A stretch of DNA of 64,000 nt from the NCBI GenBank assembly GCA_025786725.1, contig JAHLTZ010000012.1, forward strand, positions 558,001-622,000, in the 5' to 3' direction. The number at the start of each line of letters is the position of its first letter. The stretch's first letter is position 1. The notes under the pieces were generated by a model. The model ran no database searches and was not told the DNA's origin. It was given only the letters and a program-made list of their open reading frames with translations. The translations under genes were made by a program, and so were the position numbers. The stretch is from Syncephalis fuscata S228 (lineage: Eukaryota > Fungi > Zoopagomycota). This document shows, in pieces, positions 37,035 through 50,321 of the stretch.

Positions 37035-38500
37035 TCATAGAATAATAGGTAGATGGGCCGATGATCCTTCAGATGTTTCACTCATAGGCGATAGAAAACC
37101 TGGTGGCAAAGGTTTGGTTTCATTGTCTTCGGCAGTAGATAATCGGTGCCACTCAGCCGGATTCATAATAGTGGGTTCCCATTGACCATCAGGACGTAAT
37201 TCAAGTGTATGAGGTGGACAGTCAGTCCATTTCTCTATAATTGACAAAAAACATCAAAGGAGACGGCATATTTGACGGCACTGTTATCGGCTACATCATA
37301 GTGACACGGCACGATGTCGAGCCATTCAAAATCACTGAGTGCTACAAACCATCCTAGTCTAAATTCTGCCAAGTCATCCAGTGCGCGTACCCAATGACAC
37401 AGTCGCCAACGTAGCCATAAATCAGCACTGTCCCAACAACGTGTGCAAAATCGTCCTAAATCGGCACCATCACGTATGACTAGTGTGTTATCGGAACGGC
37501 CACAGCGTAAACAGATGGGTGGTTTAAAACGCGGCGATGTTAAAGCGACCCAGCGATGAAATGATGATGGTCTAATAACATCCTCAGAAGCAATTTCTGG
37601 CTGACCAGTATTGGTGGCGGTGGCAGTACGGCGTGCTGCATATCTAGCAAGTACCGTAGTGTCCATGGCCCATGGTAAATGGGCCGGGGGCATTTCTGGC
37701 CCATAACGCAACGCAAATAGTCGTTTGGCATCATCAGTCTGCCACATTGTTATTGCATCGTAAAAGATGTAGGAAACACCGCGTAGTGCTAGACACTCAG
37801 TTTTGTCGGGCTGCATAAATGTAATAATAAGCTTGACAATTTCTCTCGGTAATCGACGTCCTGGCATATCTTGCGTCGATTGGTGTTGGCGTGAACGTCT
37901 TAATGCCGTAATCTGTGGCAATTTAGCATACGATATTTCTGATGCACTACCATCTGCTTCTTTTGATTTAATGATATCTCCTAATGCTATATTAAACAAA
38001 CTTCTAGTCTGTAACTTGGAAGATGTTGTTCTATTTGAAACTACGGCAGTAATATCGCTAATAATTGCTCGTTTAGATTTTTTAACTACTGATTTTATAA
38101 GCTGTGTTTGTTCCGCAACAATAGGTTCATTTCTAGAACAGCCTTCGACCAAGTCAATGATTTCTGGCTTGGTATCTACGCGGTTGCCTTTTCTTTTGCG
38201 TGGTCCTCTTGGCCATATTGGTACACCTATATCAACGCTTACATTCTCCTCTACTTGATAACAGTCCATTTCATCTGACGAGTCGTCTAGTGTAATAATT
38301 GCCATAGCTGGTGATAGCGGGTCGTATGTATTGCGTTCAGGTTTTGTTTGTTCACAATGATGGTTGTAGTTGTATTTTCTTTGTTCAACTAGTCGTCGGC
38401 CTGCTCTTCTTCGAGATTTTACCCGTCGACCGTCAATAGCACGCCTATTGGTGTGACTTCCTTCATTAGAGCGCATCTTGCTATAGGGATGGAATAACAT
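37035..38500 (-). CDS. F-box-like protein with a CxxC...CxxC motif
   Basis: RLPREIVKLIITFM...LALRGVSYIFYDAI (F-box-like); CLRC...FCTRC; frameshift at a T-run near 37250 joins the 37035-37247 ORF; start uncertain. Confidence 0.6.
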
Positions 38501-39149
38501 AGAGTGCAAGCCTGCAAGAAATGTACTATAAATATAATGTGACAAAGAAAAATAAAGAAAAATAAGTATAATTAATAGACTGCCTTGAACAGTCTTTTAT
38601 TAGTATGACGAACACGCTCCTGAGTCATCGTCCCTTGAAATGACATGGTAGTAATCTACGTGGATTTACATCGCTGTCTATTGCGTGTAGCACATGTAGA
38701 CTGTTTCAATTATTATTAATCTTGTTTAATTGTTAGATGAATGTGTTGTAATTAAAATAAAAAATATTGTTTATAACATAATATAAAATACTAAGATAAC
38801 ATATAATCAATACAATGCAGTATAATATGATATGATACTCAACCAATAATTACACTGACATAGCTTTATTGCATAGTGTAGAAAAAGAAACTAGAGCTAT
38901 AGAGCGAGAGAGAGAGAGAGAGAGATGAAAAAGAACAAATGCTTCAACTTATCTATTGTTGAACTGGCCAAAAAACGACAGTATACGATGGTGGGATGGT
39001 GCATTACGACAAGATGTAAAGAGAAATTAGAGGAGACATTAATGAAAACAATCTAAGGAAACGCCAGTAGCATTGGAATGCTTACAAGAAGAAAAAGTTA
39101 CAAAGCATAAAGTAAATGCAAGTTCGACGACCAAGCTTCAATCAACAAT

Positions 39150-40759
39150 TGTAGACTAGCCCGCTTACGCCATCAATATACCACTGGTGATGGTCAGCCC
39201 GTCCCTTACAATGGTAAGAGCCAGTCCAACCGGAAATAAAAGGTGTTATCAACAGTTGATTAGGAAAAGGTAAGTGGTATATTGCTGGGTAAAGTGGTCC
39301 CGTACTACTTGATGTGAATTACTTGGCTTAAGCAAATGGCTATATAGAATACAAAAGCGATTAATATTTAGCATGTATGCAGTGTACAGTGCATATATAT
39401 ACATACATTATCCATATAGCCTTTGAGTGAATCTAGCGGCATAGTCTCGCCAAGACGACGCATGCCAGCAGCAGCTAGAATTCGACGGGACATGGCGACA
39501 TAAACGTATCCTTCTCAGTTAGGATACACTGCTCGGTAGCGGGTGGCAGATGATCCGATTCATCGTCATCTACCGAGCTGGCCGAACTACAAGACGCTGA
39601 AGAACGGCTGGAGGGCGGTGTACGTGGTATTGCTTGATTATAGCACTTGGGCATTTGGTTTACTGCTGATTCGCTGTTGGCTCGCTTTGTATAGCGACGA
39701 CTGGGCAGCTTTTCAGTGCTAACTGATACACGTGTACGCTTGGACATAACACGGTCTTGGAACTGGTCGCTTGGAGAAAGCGAGCGTCGGTTCGTGCTTG
39801 AGCCACCCAAGCTTTGAGAAGGAGAGGCAGCACGGCCTCGTTCACCACCCCAAAAGTCTACCGCGTCAGGCATTGTATTGGAACGACCAATTAGCGAAAA
39901 GTCTTTACTTTTCAACAACAATTCAGGCGATTTGGATGGCGGCTCAATGTCTTCATCAAACTTGCGCTTAAAGATGAAAGGCCGACATAACGGCTTTGCA
40001 TCATCGTCGTCGTCCGAGAAAGGAGAAGAAGGCAAGATTGGAGACGACTTGGATGCTTGAGTCGATAGCGGGAGTGCAAACTTGGTTGGCTTGTCCAACT
40101 TGTCAGTTGACACGGCTTTATTAGTATTTGAAGTGGTGGATGTATTATAAAAATAATCACGGATACTGTTTAATTGAGACTATATACATTCACAGTGCAT
40201 TAATTAGCACAAGTGACCATACTGTCATTTATTAGCTTACCTTTTTGGGTGCCGGTTTATTAACACTTTTGTTCTTGACACCTTGTGTTGGTTTGCGTAA
40301 CGACAATCTAGCCGGTACCGCAAACACAAAGCTAGTAGACCGAGTATTTTTCTTCTCATCTGCACTACTTTCAATCGATGCATTTTCACTTGAATTGCTT
40401 TCGGCCGAAGCTGGTGGTGCATCAGGCTGTTGAGCGATACCTTTCTCTTTATCAGCCAATGGCGATGTTTGATTTGCCTTTAGCAAAGTAGCCGCACATT
40501 CCTTGTTGTCGGGCGATGCAACCAGATTGGACGATGGTTCTGGCGCTTTGGCTGCTGTTACCGGTTTGCGGACTGAAGGGACCAGCGGTGAGGACGTGAA
40601 TACGTTGGCCATATCATTCTTCAACGCTCGAAGCGTCTGTTGCACGACGGGAAATGTCTTTTTCTTCAGTATATTTGGTAGCGGAATCAGCATCTTACGA
40701 CTCGGCGTCAAGCAAGACAAGCGTTGCTGCGGCTTCTTCTTCTTTGTCCAAGGGAACAT
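39150..40759 (-). CDS. Hypothetical Ser/Pro-rich protein, multi-exon (ends uncertain)
   Basis: Long GC-richer ORFs 40759-40232 and 40113-39475 joined by a GTAAGC intron; further exon near 39350; no recognised domain. Confidence 0.5.
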
Positions 40760-41989
40760 TGTTTAATGTAGACTAGTCTTAAATGGATGTGAGACACTAA
40801 TAAACCGCAGGGGTATAGATTTACAGGGGTGGCGTATTAATAAAGTTGAATTTTGTAATATGGCGACACCGCCACATACTACTTACGAAGAGAGTAACAA
40901 TAGTGGCATAGTTTGTATATGCCTGATAGTTCAACCGAAAGCAACAGATAGCAGTTGAATACAAATATTCTGAACAGCGCTTAAAACAAATCAACCAAAA
41001 GATCGACAAACAAGCTGACCAATGGTCTATTAATACACAAGCAAGATCAGTAGCTTGTGGCAGGACCGGATGTCAATAGACGAAGGCGACACTGCTTTAA
41101 ACTCCAAGTACGTTATAGTATATGCCTCTAGTACTGAAGCACGTTGGTAACAACAACACAACAACCAAGCACTGTTGTGATGAGCAGACTGAAAAGAAGG
41201 AACGCTTGGAGTAAAAGATAGAACTGGTGTGGAAAGACAACTACTTAAGTAGATTAATCAAAGTAGACTCGTGATTCGTATTGGCACCAACCAATTTCAC
41301 TATTCAGGTCGTACCAATATATACCAATGGCCACAACAAGTATCTAAAAATATACTGCGTTCAATATGCAAATGGAACAGCGATAGAAGTCAATAGCTTC
41401 TACTTGGTATGCATCTAACGTCGATATCAACGCGTTGACATGCCTTTACCAAATGTAAACAAAGAACTAAACGTAGTCCGATTTCTTAATTAAAAGTCAA
41501 TTCTGGTTTGATTCAATCATTTCCATAATAGGCAATGCTTCATTTAACAATCGTCATTTTACCTATGCTTTACTGTACTGCCTTAATTCTTCACTTGCTA
41601 TTCCAACATTAGTAAAGGTATTTATTATAGTTACCTGCAACTCAGGCACAATTATTATGACGCGTAATATAATGAATAATATTTAATAAATAAAGCTTTA
41701 TGGTTTGGCCAATACACATAAAGCTATTTATGTATATTATTGTCAACTCAGTAAAATTAGTATTCATATACAAATATTTTTATTATAAAGAGAATAAAGC
41801 AGCATTAGCAATCAAATGTAAAAAAGCAGCACTTTATGCTTTTACGTATATTTAATGGTGATGTGCTAGTAGACTATAGCGTAAACCAACTGAATCAACT
41901 AATTTATCAAATAAATATGCTTGTAGCTTATTTTTAATATAGCGTCGTGTATCATATGCAAATTACACGGCTATACTTGGTATTTTAAA

Positions 41990-44248
41990 CATTATACCGG
42001 CAATTGAGCAGGATGAAGCCATGATGCTGATCGGCATCGATTGGTTGGCACTATGCTCATTGCAGTACTTTGCTTCTCGGTTTCAATAGCATAATCTTGT
42101 TGCTGTTTATTATGAATATCGTCACGACCACCACTTTGACTAGATGCACCGCACGACAATGCTCAATTTGCAGCGTAACATGTCGAATCTGAAAGCGAGT
42201 ATCAAGTTGATGTTGTGCTTCTTTTAAGATTGTAGCATCAGCGGCAATATTATTTGTCGCAGATTCCAAATGAGCCATCAGTGCAATCTAATAATAATAA
42301 TAATTAATAAACAACTTTATGTTCATGGTTGTAAACTATTACCTTATCGGCTGTAATACTCCATACTAAATAAATAAACAGGGCTGATAAGTAAATGATT
42401 ATAGTTAATTTGCATTATTACCATGTAGATTATGTACACTTTGTACACCATGAACTGCCAGTAGTGCTTGTTCAACCTGGTCGAGGTCAATCTCATGTGG
42501 TACCGCTATTACTATATTGTTACTTCTTTTGCTTGAATATTACTGCATGACCTACCTTCCATTAAAACGTATAAAGTTTCACGGAATATGCCAATCGTAG
42601 TAAATATAACAATAACTGAAAAGAAAAGTGTGCAAATCGGATCAATGAATGTGTGTTCTGGATGAAGAGTAATCCAAAGCGATGAAATGACTACACCAAG
42701 CGACGAAAGCATATCTCCCAGAGCATGAAGCCATGCTGCCCGAATATTAATATTCATCTGCTATTGTTTAAATAATTAGTACATTTTAAAACATTTTATA
42801 TTTACCTTTTCTTTATTATTATCAGACGAATCATGATGATGTCCATGATCGTGATGATGTCCGTGTCCATGGCTATGGCTATGACCATGACTATGACTAT
42901 GACCATGACTATGGTGACCATGACTATGGCTGTGACCATGACTATGGCTGTGACCATGGCTATGGCTGTGACTATGGCTATGAAAGCCATGATGTTCATG
43001 ACCTAAAGAATACGCCATACTTTCAATTTTATCAGTGCTAGTATTATTATACAACTTATTATTTACTTACATAAGGTTAACAAAAAATCCAAGCACAGCA
43101 ATTGATAGCATTGCCACTCCATCAATAGGCTGAGGATTACGCAGTCGATCAATCGCATTAATCACCAGCAGCAATGTAAGGAACCATAGGAAGAAAATGG
43201 AAATAAGTACGCCTACAATCTCGGCTCTATGATAACCAAATGAGTAACCTAATATATTGATGAGTATTTGGCAGAAATATCTTATAGCTATCATTATACT
43301 AAAGTAACTCACGTTTAGAAGCGGGACGTTGTGCAATATGAATAGCAAATAAAGAAATGGCAAATCCGGCAATATCTAGAATATTATGATAATTAGTATA
43401 TTTCTACTAGTCTATTCAAGCTACTCATTCATCGATAAGCTATATTTACCTGAAAGTAAGTGAAATGCATCACTCATAAGTGCTAATGATCCAGCAATAA
43501 GGCCACCAATAATCTCAATTACGAAAAAAGCGAAGCACATTATAATAACCCGTTGTAATCGTTTCTTATTTCGATCACCTTCTTCCAAACGAGAGCGAAT
43601 ACGATGCTGACGCGCCATTGCTGCATCTTCATCATCATCGCTGTCCTCATTTTCTGCTTCAGACAGTCTTAATGAGTCGATTTGACTACAACAGCTTTCA
43701 CGTGCTACTGAATTCATACGTGATCGATTTGGTGTACGTGATTTGTTGATTAACGGCACATCTACTGCCTCTGCATTATGATGACTACCATTACCACCAC
43801 CATTACCATCATTAATATGAAGACCCCTTTCATCTTCATCATCCTCGTTTGATAATCGTAAATGATTATTATTCCTACTATGATATGCCAATGATTGTAA
43901 TGGAATATCTACGAGTGGATGATGCGGATGACGGTCGCCCGTATCAGAACGAATAGAGCCCAGCGAAAAAGTTCTGGCTCGAACAATATCGATACTTTGC
44001 GGGAGTATAGCAGGCGTCGATATTGCTGTTGAGACTGATGTGTATTCTTTTTCACAGGAAATACGGCTTGCATTAAGTAGTGTGGTAGCTGTTTCTTGAT
44101 TTTGGCCAATGTTACCACTATCCGACTTGTTGCTGTCTGTTTTCAAAGAGTGTTTATGCGAGCCAGCCCGTCGGCTGTCGGAAACTGAGCCAAGTAGCTC
44201 ATGAGCGGCCACTGTTGCTGTTGTTGCTGTTTCAGTAAATAGTGTCAT
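41990..44248 (-). CDS. Cation diffusion facilitator (SLC30/ZnT-type) zinc transporter, multi-exon
   Basis: IAGSLALMSDAFHLLSD; YSFGYHRAEIVG; His-rich loop; NINIRAAWLHALGDMLSS; IDPICT; VHNLHVWSIT; HVTLQIE. 3' end approximate. Confidence 0.92.
42836..42997 (-). repeat. Coding tandem repeat (HS/HG)n forming the His-rich loop
   Basis: CATAGC/CATAGT/CATGGT/CACAGC hexamer repeats encoding HSHSHGHSH... Confidence 0.9.
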
Positions 44249-44719
44249 ATCTAGCACTTTAATAGTTATAACTAAAAGTATAACTACAATAGTAATGGCC
44301 AACTAAGTATAAAAAAAAGGATAGCAATAGCTAACGAAAAAACTGTGACAATTGAGCTGAAAGCGATTTCTAAATATGTTTAAAACACCGAAAAGGCCTA
44401 AGGCTCGGCAAATATCTGGGTTGACTATTATGTACTAGTGCAGTACCTACACAAAAATCACAAGAACGTAAACCACAATAATAATGAATTTGTATAATGC
44501 TATTAGTTTGCCGTAATAACAACTTGTTTTTTAATGTAAATTGACTTTTATCTGTTGCCATTCATTCTTACTACACTTACTGCTTTACTATGTATTCTAT
44601 GGTAATGTCATTTAGTATTAAATAACATCTATCTAATACATTTATTATTTTACTGACAAATGTTTTATAGTAATAATTTAGTTTTGAAAACCAAATCACT
44701 TTTATTTTTAGTGTATTTA

Positions 44720-45250
44720 TTCTTTTACTATTAATCTGTTCTATGATGTACTGATATGTTGGGTAGATTGACTTTTATTATTTACACTCCATTTATTAAT
44801 CAATTAAACTCGGCTGTTTATAAATATTGACTGACAGGCTCACAGCTCGCAATCTACGTCATCACATTTCTCTTTCTCTTTCTTTACACTTGACAGCATA
44901 TATTTATAGTATACTTGTACACTTCATATATACTAACTAGATAGTGTTAGTAGTTGAATGACTACTAGTTGAGTGCAAATACCTTCTACACTATGTCCTT
45001 GCAGTGCTCTTTTGTAATCTGACCTTTGTTTGTTAACTACTTTCATCACTTTGATCGTTGATATTGGCATTGTTATTAATATAGCGTATTTCTGACTTCG
45101 TTTATGTTATACTGAATATATGCTGTGGAATTCTATTGTATGTTTCTTTTTATTGTGGATTGCAATTACAAGTCATCTGACAACAGCTTTTGCAAATATG
45201 GCGAGTCAATCGTACACCGACTTTAGCAATATATAGTCATTAAAGTTACT
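44720..45250 (+). repeat. Dispersed repeat family, copy 2
   Basis: ATTATTTACACTCCATTTATTAAT.AATTAAACTCGGCTGTTTATAAATATTGACTGACAGGCTCACA is near-identical to copy 4; the downstream part resembles copy 1. Confidence 0.85.
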
Positions 45251-47628
45251 ATGCATAATTACTATACACATAAATAACAACAATAAAATATATTGTATAA
45301 TCACCACACTTATAATATCTATTCTATCTACCATAATAATGCCACCATCATATATTTCTATTTTTTTAATTGAGCTTTATCCATCTATTATCATATATGT
45401 CAGTACATTAGCTACTGATTGCACATCATTAATCAAAGCCGTTTATTTATTGCTGGCTGTTTTATTGTAAATATCAATTTATTCAATGCCATGTATATTA
45501 TAACTGCATCACTGACATTCATATGCTTTTACTGTTATATTGTTTTATATTTTAATGCTATATCATTTAGCATGCAATGGGTTTTCTTTAGTATTAATGT
45601 GTAGGCTTTCATTTGCTTGACTCTTTAATCGCTACTTTTTGATATAATTGTCGCTGTTGCTTTACTATATAAAATATAAAAACAGTTTTTTATACGTAGC
45701 AAGCTATTATCGTTGATACTAACAAAGCTAACTTTATTTCTGGACACGGCCTGGATACAAGCGGATATTCAGGATAGTGTAATACTCGTTTGCCAACAGG
45801 CAGTAGCTATGTATGTTATAGTATCAATTTAGGCTGACAGAGTGTCAATGAAGTAGAGGATTGGAATAATGGTATCTCCAAATATCCTGCTATTCCTGAG
45901 TCTGGCAAAGCAACTGATATTAAAGAAACTGCCAAAGCCAATGTGGTGCTGTATATGAATAGCAATCAAAAGAGTATTGGATTAAAAACTGTAAAAAATA
46001 AATGCGACAGTTGATTGGTCATTGCTGTATTGTATAATACCGACGATTATATTTACATAGCCAATCTTACTAACGATGAAATTATTAATATTTAAATGTC
46101 AATCAAATGTAATTATGCACATAACAATTAATCGAATATAATTAATAAATCATATGTTTATTATGGATTTTTGCATGGCTGAATAAACACAGCTAAATGC
46201 AAAATGCCGATAATATAATAATGTCATTAATTAAGAGTTGAATAGACTGGAGCATTGGTTGGACTCGATATGTGAATGAACTGGACTGCAGCTGACAAAT
46301 GATCTTGTTTTTGCTGGATATATACCTAAAGTGTATTGGGCTGCCATTCTAGTAACACTGACAATGCTAATGCCTTTAAAGCATCAGTTATGCTATTTAA
46401 TAAATAATATGTTGAATGCCATATAATTAGTACAATATTAAATAAATATAAAATGTTACTTACAAACTATTAATATAAGCTATTAAAAGCACACAAAACA
46501 GAATTAAAGGCGTCTACAATCAGTGTAAATCAAACAAAGCAAAAACACTTATCAACAGCTACAATGGTAGCTGTTGATAACAGCAATAATGAATAAACAT
46601 TGCCTGTCAATGATTTATCGTTTATCGGTAATTTCAGCACTGTTCAATGGTTTTACGTTTGTCATCGACGTCGACAAACTAATTGTAATTTTATGGCAGG
46701 TTAATTCAAAAAAGGATATGTCAAGTGCCAGTCGATAAACACACTCGATTGAAGCTGGTTAGCGTAAACCCCTGTATGCATTAGTACAGGAAATATGTGG
46801 ATCAAAAGCTTGGTTAATTTGACATGACACTTTTAGCAAAAAAAAGAATGTATCAGCAAAGGTTAGGTTGGAAAGAATCAACTATTTCAGCATCATACTT
46901 ATTTGTTAGAAAAACCAAAAACCACTTTATCTATGAAGCACATAGATTTGTTGTGCAGAAGAAGAATCAAATCGTTTGGCTATTGTGTATCACGTACTGC
47001 TACTGGTCGAGCTTGGGCAAACGATAGTGGATTATATGAATTATATATGTTCTGAATAAATTGGTTTATTTGCAAGAATTTAATAAATACTATTAAATAC
47101 TAATATTAAATAGTTAGACCATATGGATTAATAAAATATCGAACAACCACTTGGCTATAATAAGCATGAATGCAGTGTTAGCATAATAGTACTAGCCATG
47201 GTATCTGTAACTATCAAACCTACAGCGCAATTATATCTATTTTATCGTCATCATTATAGTCTAATTGTTTCAAAAGCTGCCATTTCCAATATTCAAGATG
47301 GTAATGATGATGATTAAATAAAATGGATACATTTTTATTTATCCAAATAATTTAAAAAAGCAACATATTCATTTAATAATACGAATAGTAGACACCAAGA
47401 TATTACATAGGAATTCGCTGGTGATGCAAGTATAGGAATATAATGTGTAAATAAACAAAAATGCAATGTAGTACTGGTGTAGAAAGGAAGAATAGGAAAG
47501 AAGAATAGGAAAGAACAAGTAGCAATAGTCATCATAAGACGGCGTGGTTCGTTCTGCACGTCAATTGAAGAAATATCCACGAGTATAGACGTGGTGGCAG
47601 ATTGCCTCATCAATTTTATATTGTTGTT

Positions 47629-50321
47629 TTACGAAGATGGTACGTGACCAGTACGAACGGCACCGTGTCGTATAAGCACTTCTTGTATATTGTGAATCCA
47701 TTTACGTTTTTCGGGATTTTCATTTTCACAACAAAACACTGTTTCGTTACCGGCACCGCTTACAACACGGAAGCATGTGTGTAGAAGGAAGTGTCGGCCA
47801 GATCGGTAACAAATGCTTCCAATAGCATTACTTGACCCTGAAATTAAAAGTGTCAATTATAATTATCTAAATGGTAATTTTAAGTTTGCTTACCTTATAG
47901 ACATAACGATCAGAACCGGTTTCTCGCGACCAAACAATCCGATCGTCTAGTAGCATAACAAAATACTCGCACAAATCAGGATTGTCGTCTGTCATAGTAA
48001 ACTGTTGGAGTTTTCCAGCATAGATCAGCTGATGCTTTCCATTGGTCCATCGTGGTAAACCAACAATGGTTTTCTCCAAATCGTGTAGTCGTAAGCGACT
48101 TTCCGTTGTAGCCACACTATAATTATAATAATCAATCAATTAATAATTAGTCAATAAATGTTTTTCTTCTTTAATCATATTAATTACCTGGCTGCAATCA
48201 TTTCTGATGCTCGAGAAAAATCCTTTAATAATCGGGTCATATTCTTATGATCTGGATGCGATGCTGGAGTCAACGCAACTTGTTGGCTAAGATAATTAAA
48301 ATAGCGTCCAATCCGACGAAGTGGCAAGCCAAGATAGGCCTTCAAATTCATTGAATCAAGTGAATTTTCGTCTTGTTGCTTAATAAAGCGACGAAAATCC
48401 TTTGATTGATCTGTAAGCCGCTGTAGAGTGGAGCAAGCATGGGTGAAGTTTTCAACGTAGACTTGGTACTGAGACATTGAAGTCAACTAATAGTAATATT
48501 AATTAATGTTAATTAAATTATTGCTTTATCGTATAATACACTACTTACCAAATGCTTGTAAATATCGCTAAGACAGACTTTGTTATTCCAGTCACGATGA
48601 CTGTACGGCGGATAATAATGTAAGTTATAGCATTATTATTATTATTGTAATACTTACCGGTCCTCCATCATACGCTGTGCTCGTTTGTGGGCCGATAGAA
48701 TTGTCTCAATGTTGCCAAATATTAAGTTAAGATCGACATTATTGATAACAACATTAGCACGGGTCTGTACTGCATCCACTGGACGGCCAACAGTAATTAA
48801 AGGCAGGCTTGTTTGTCGATCTCGTTTTAAAGTGCCTCGCACTGAAAAAAAGCTTTGTCGCACATTTGTTAACAGACCTTGCCGTTGTTTTGATGCAGAA
48901 CGAAGTGGATATAGAAACGATTCGCACAGACGTTTTAGTCCACGCACATAAGAGCGTTCTGTATTAAGCATTTCTTTCAAAGAGGTTAATCGACGTTCTG
49001 ATAGATTTTCTAGATCTTCATCGTCTTCTTCTTGTTCATTGTGTTCATCTTTATGGCCCTTGATTTGGCCATTTACTCCTGTAGATACACTTTTGCTCAT
49101 ACGTTTTGCTCGATTTAAAACCAACGCTTTTTGCTGATCAATAGCAAGTTGATGGAATAAATGATCCAGTATTTCTTCTGACGGTTCACTAATAGACTTT
49201 GAGCTGCGATCGCTGCCCGATGTGTCGGCAACGAGGCTTGCTCGAACGTTAAATGCATGCATTTCCTTGTCTAGTGACTGGAGTAATGATACATCAACAC
49301 TTGAATCATATGGTGGTGGTGATGTTGGCTTTTCTGGTAATGGTACACCAGGCATTGGCCAACTAATGCTTACTAGATGATCAACATCTAATGGTGAAAT
49401 TAACTCATCATCAGTTGACATGAAAAGAGTCGTATCCTCGGCAAAGTTTGATTTAATCCCATCCACGCTTGTTAGGGATTGGCGCGGTGTAGAAGTAAAG
49501 CTTACACCAGATGAAGAGGCACTGCCTGCTCGAACAGGTAGTGGTGCAGAAAGTGAACGTGCGGTAGGCACCATAGGTATGTGTGGCAGCATGGTCGGTT
49601 GATGATGTGGCTCATCGGTATCAGAATTGCCGCCATCACCGCTGCTAGAATTGCTGCCGTAAGCATCGACAATATCTAGAATATCCTCGTATTCGCCTAC
49701 TTCCATTAAAGGGTCCATACGCTTTTCATTAGATAGTCGCTTATATTGTTGCCAACTATTACGCGGTGGCGGTGGTGGAGGAAGAGTTAACGACGACGAT
49801 AGGCGTATAGTTCGTCGTGGCGTTGTGGGTACTGACTTTGGCTGAGCAACTGGTGTGGGCAGTGACATTGCACGTTCTTGCTTTGGCATTGCTGGTGGTG
49901 TTGTAGGCGGCGGCGGCGGAGCTGGCCGGTGCGGCTGCCGTAAATCGTTCATACGCGCGCTCATAGCCTTGGTAGAGAAAGAATCATAAAAGTCATGCGT
50001 AGTATGACTATGTGTGTGGTGCTGTTGTTGTGGCAATGGAAAATTAAGTGTGTTTGGCGTGTTTGGCATAGAAGAAGAAACTGAAGGCGGTTTCAAAATC
50101 TGAACGGGCAAAGAAGTGATACTGGATTGACTGAGCTGACGGAAACGAGGTAACGGTGATGGTGGTACACGGACACTGCCTGCTGAATTCGGTCGCGGAG
50201 GTAACGGCAGTATTGGTTTAACGATACCAGTAGCAGACGCAGACTGTGTTGATATCAAGGGTTGCCGCGCCAAGTTTAGCTCGTATCTTGACCAAGTAGG
50301 TGAGCCCGAATAGGTACTCAT
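47629..50321 (-). CDS. Dbl-homology (DH)-PH Rho GEF with Pro-rich N-terminus, multi-exon
   Basis: RRLTSLKEMLNTERSYVRGLKRL...IFGNIETILSAH; YQVYVENF; LKAYLGLPLRRIGRY...TPASHPDH; PH end EKRKWIHNIQEVL. Confidence 0.9.

Noticed and set aside
42836-42997. CRISPR-like or non-coding tandem array
   Set aside because: It is a hexamer coding repeat for the His-rich loop typical of ZnT/CDF transporters, with no spacers
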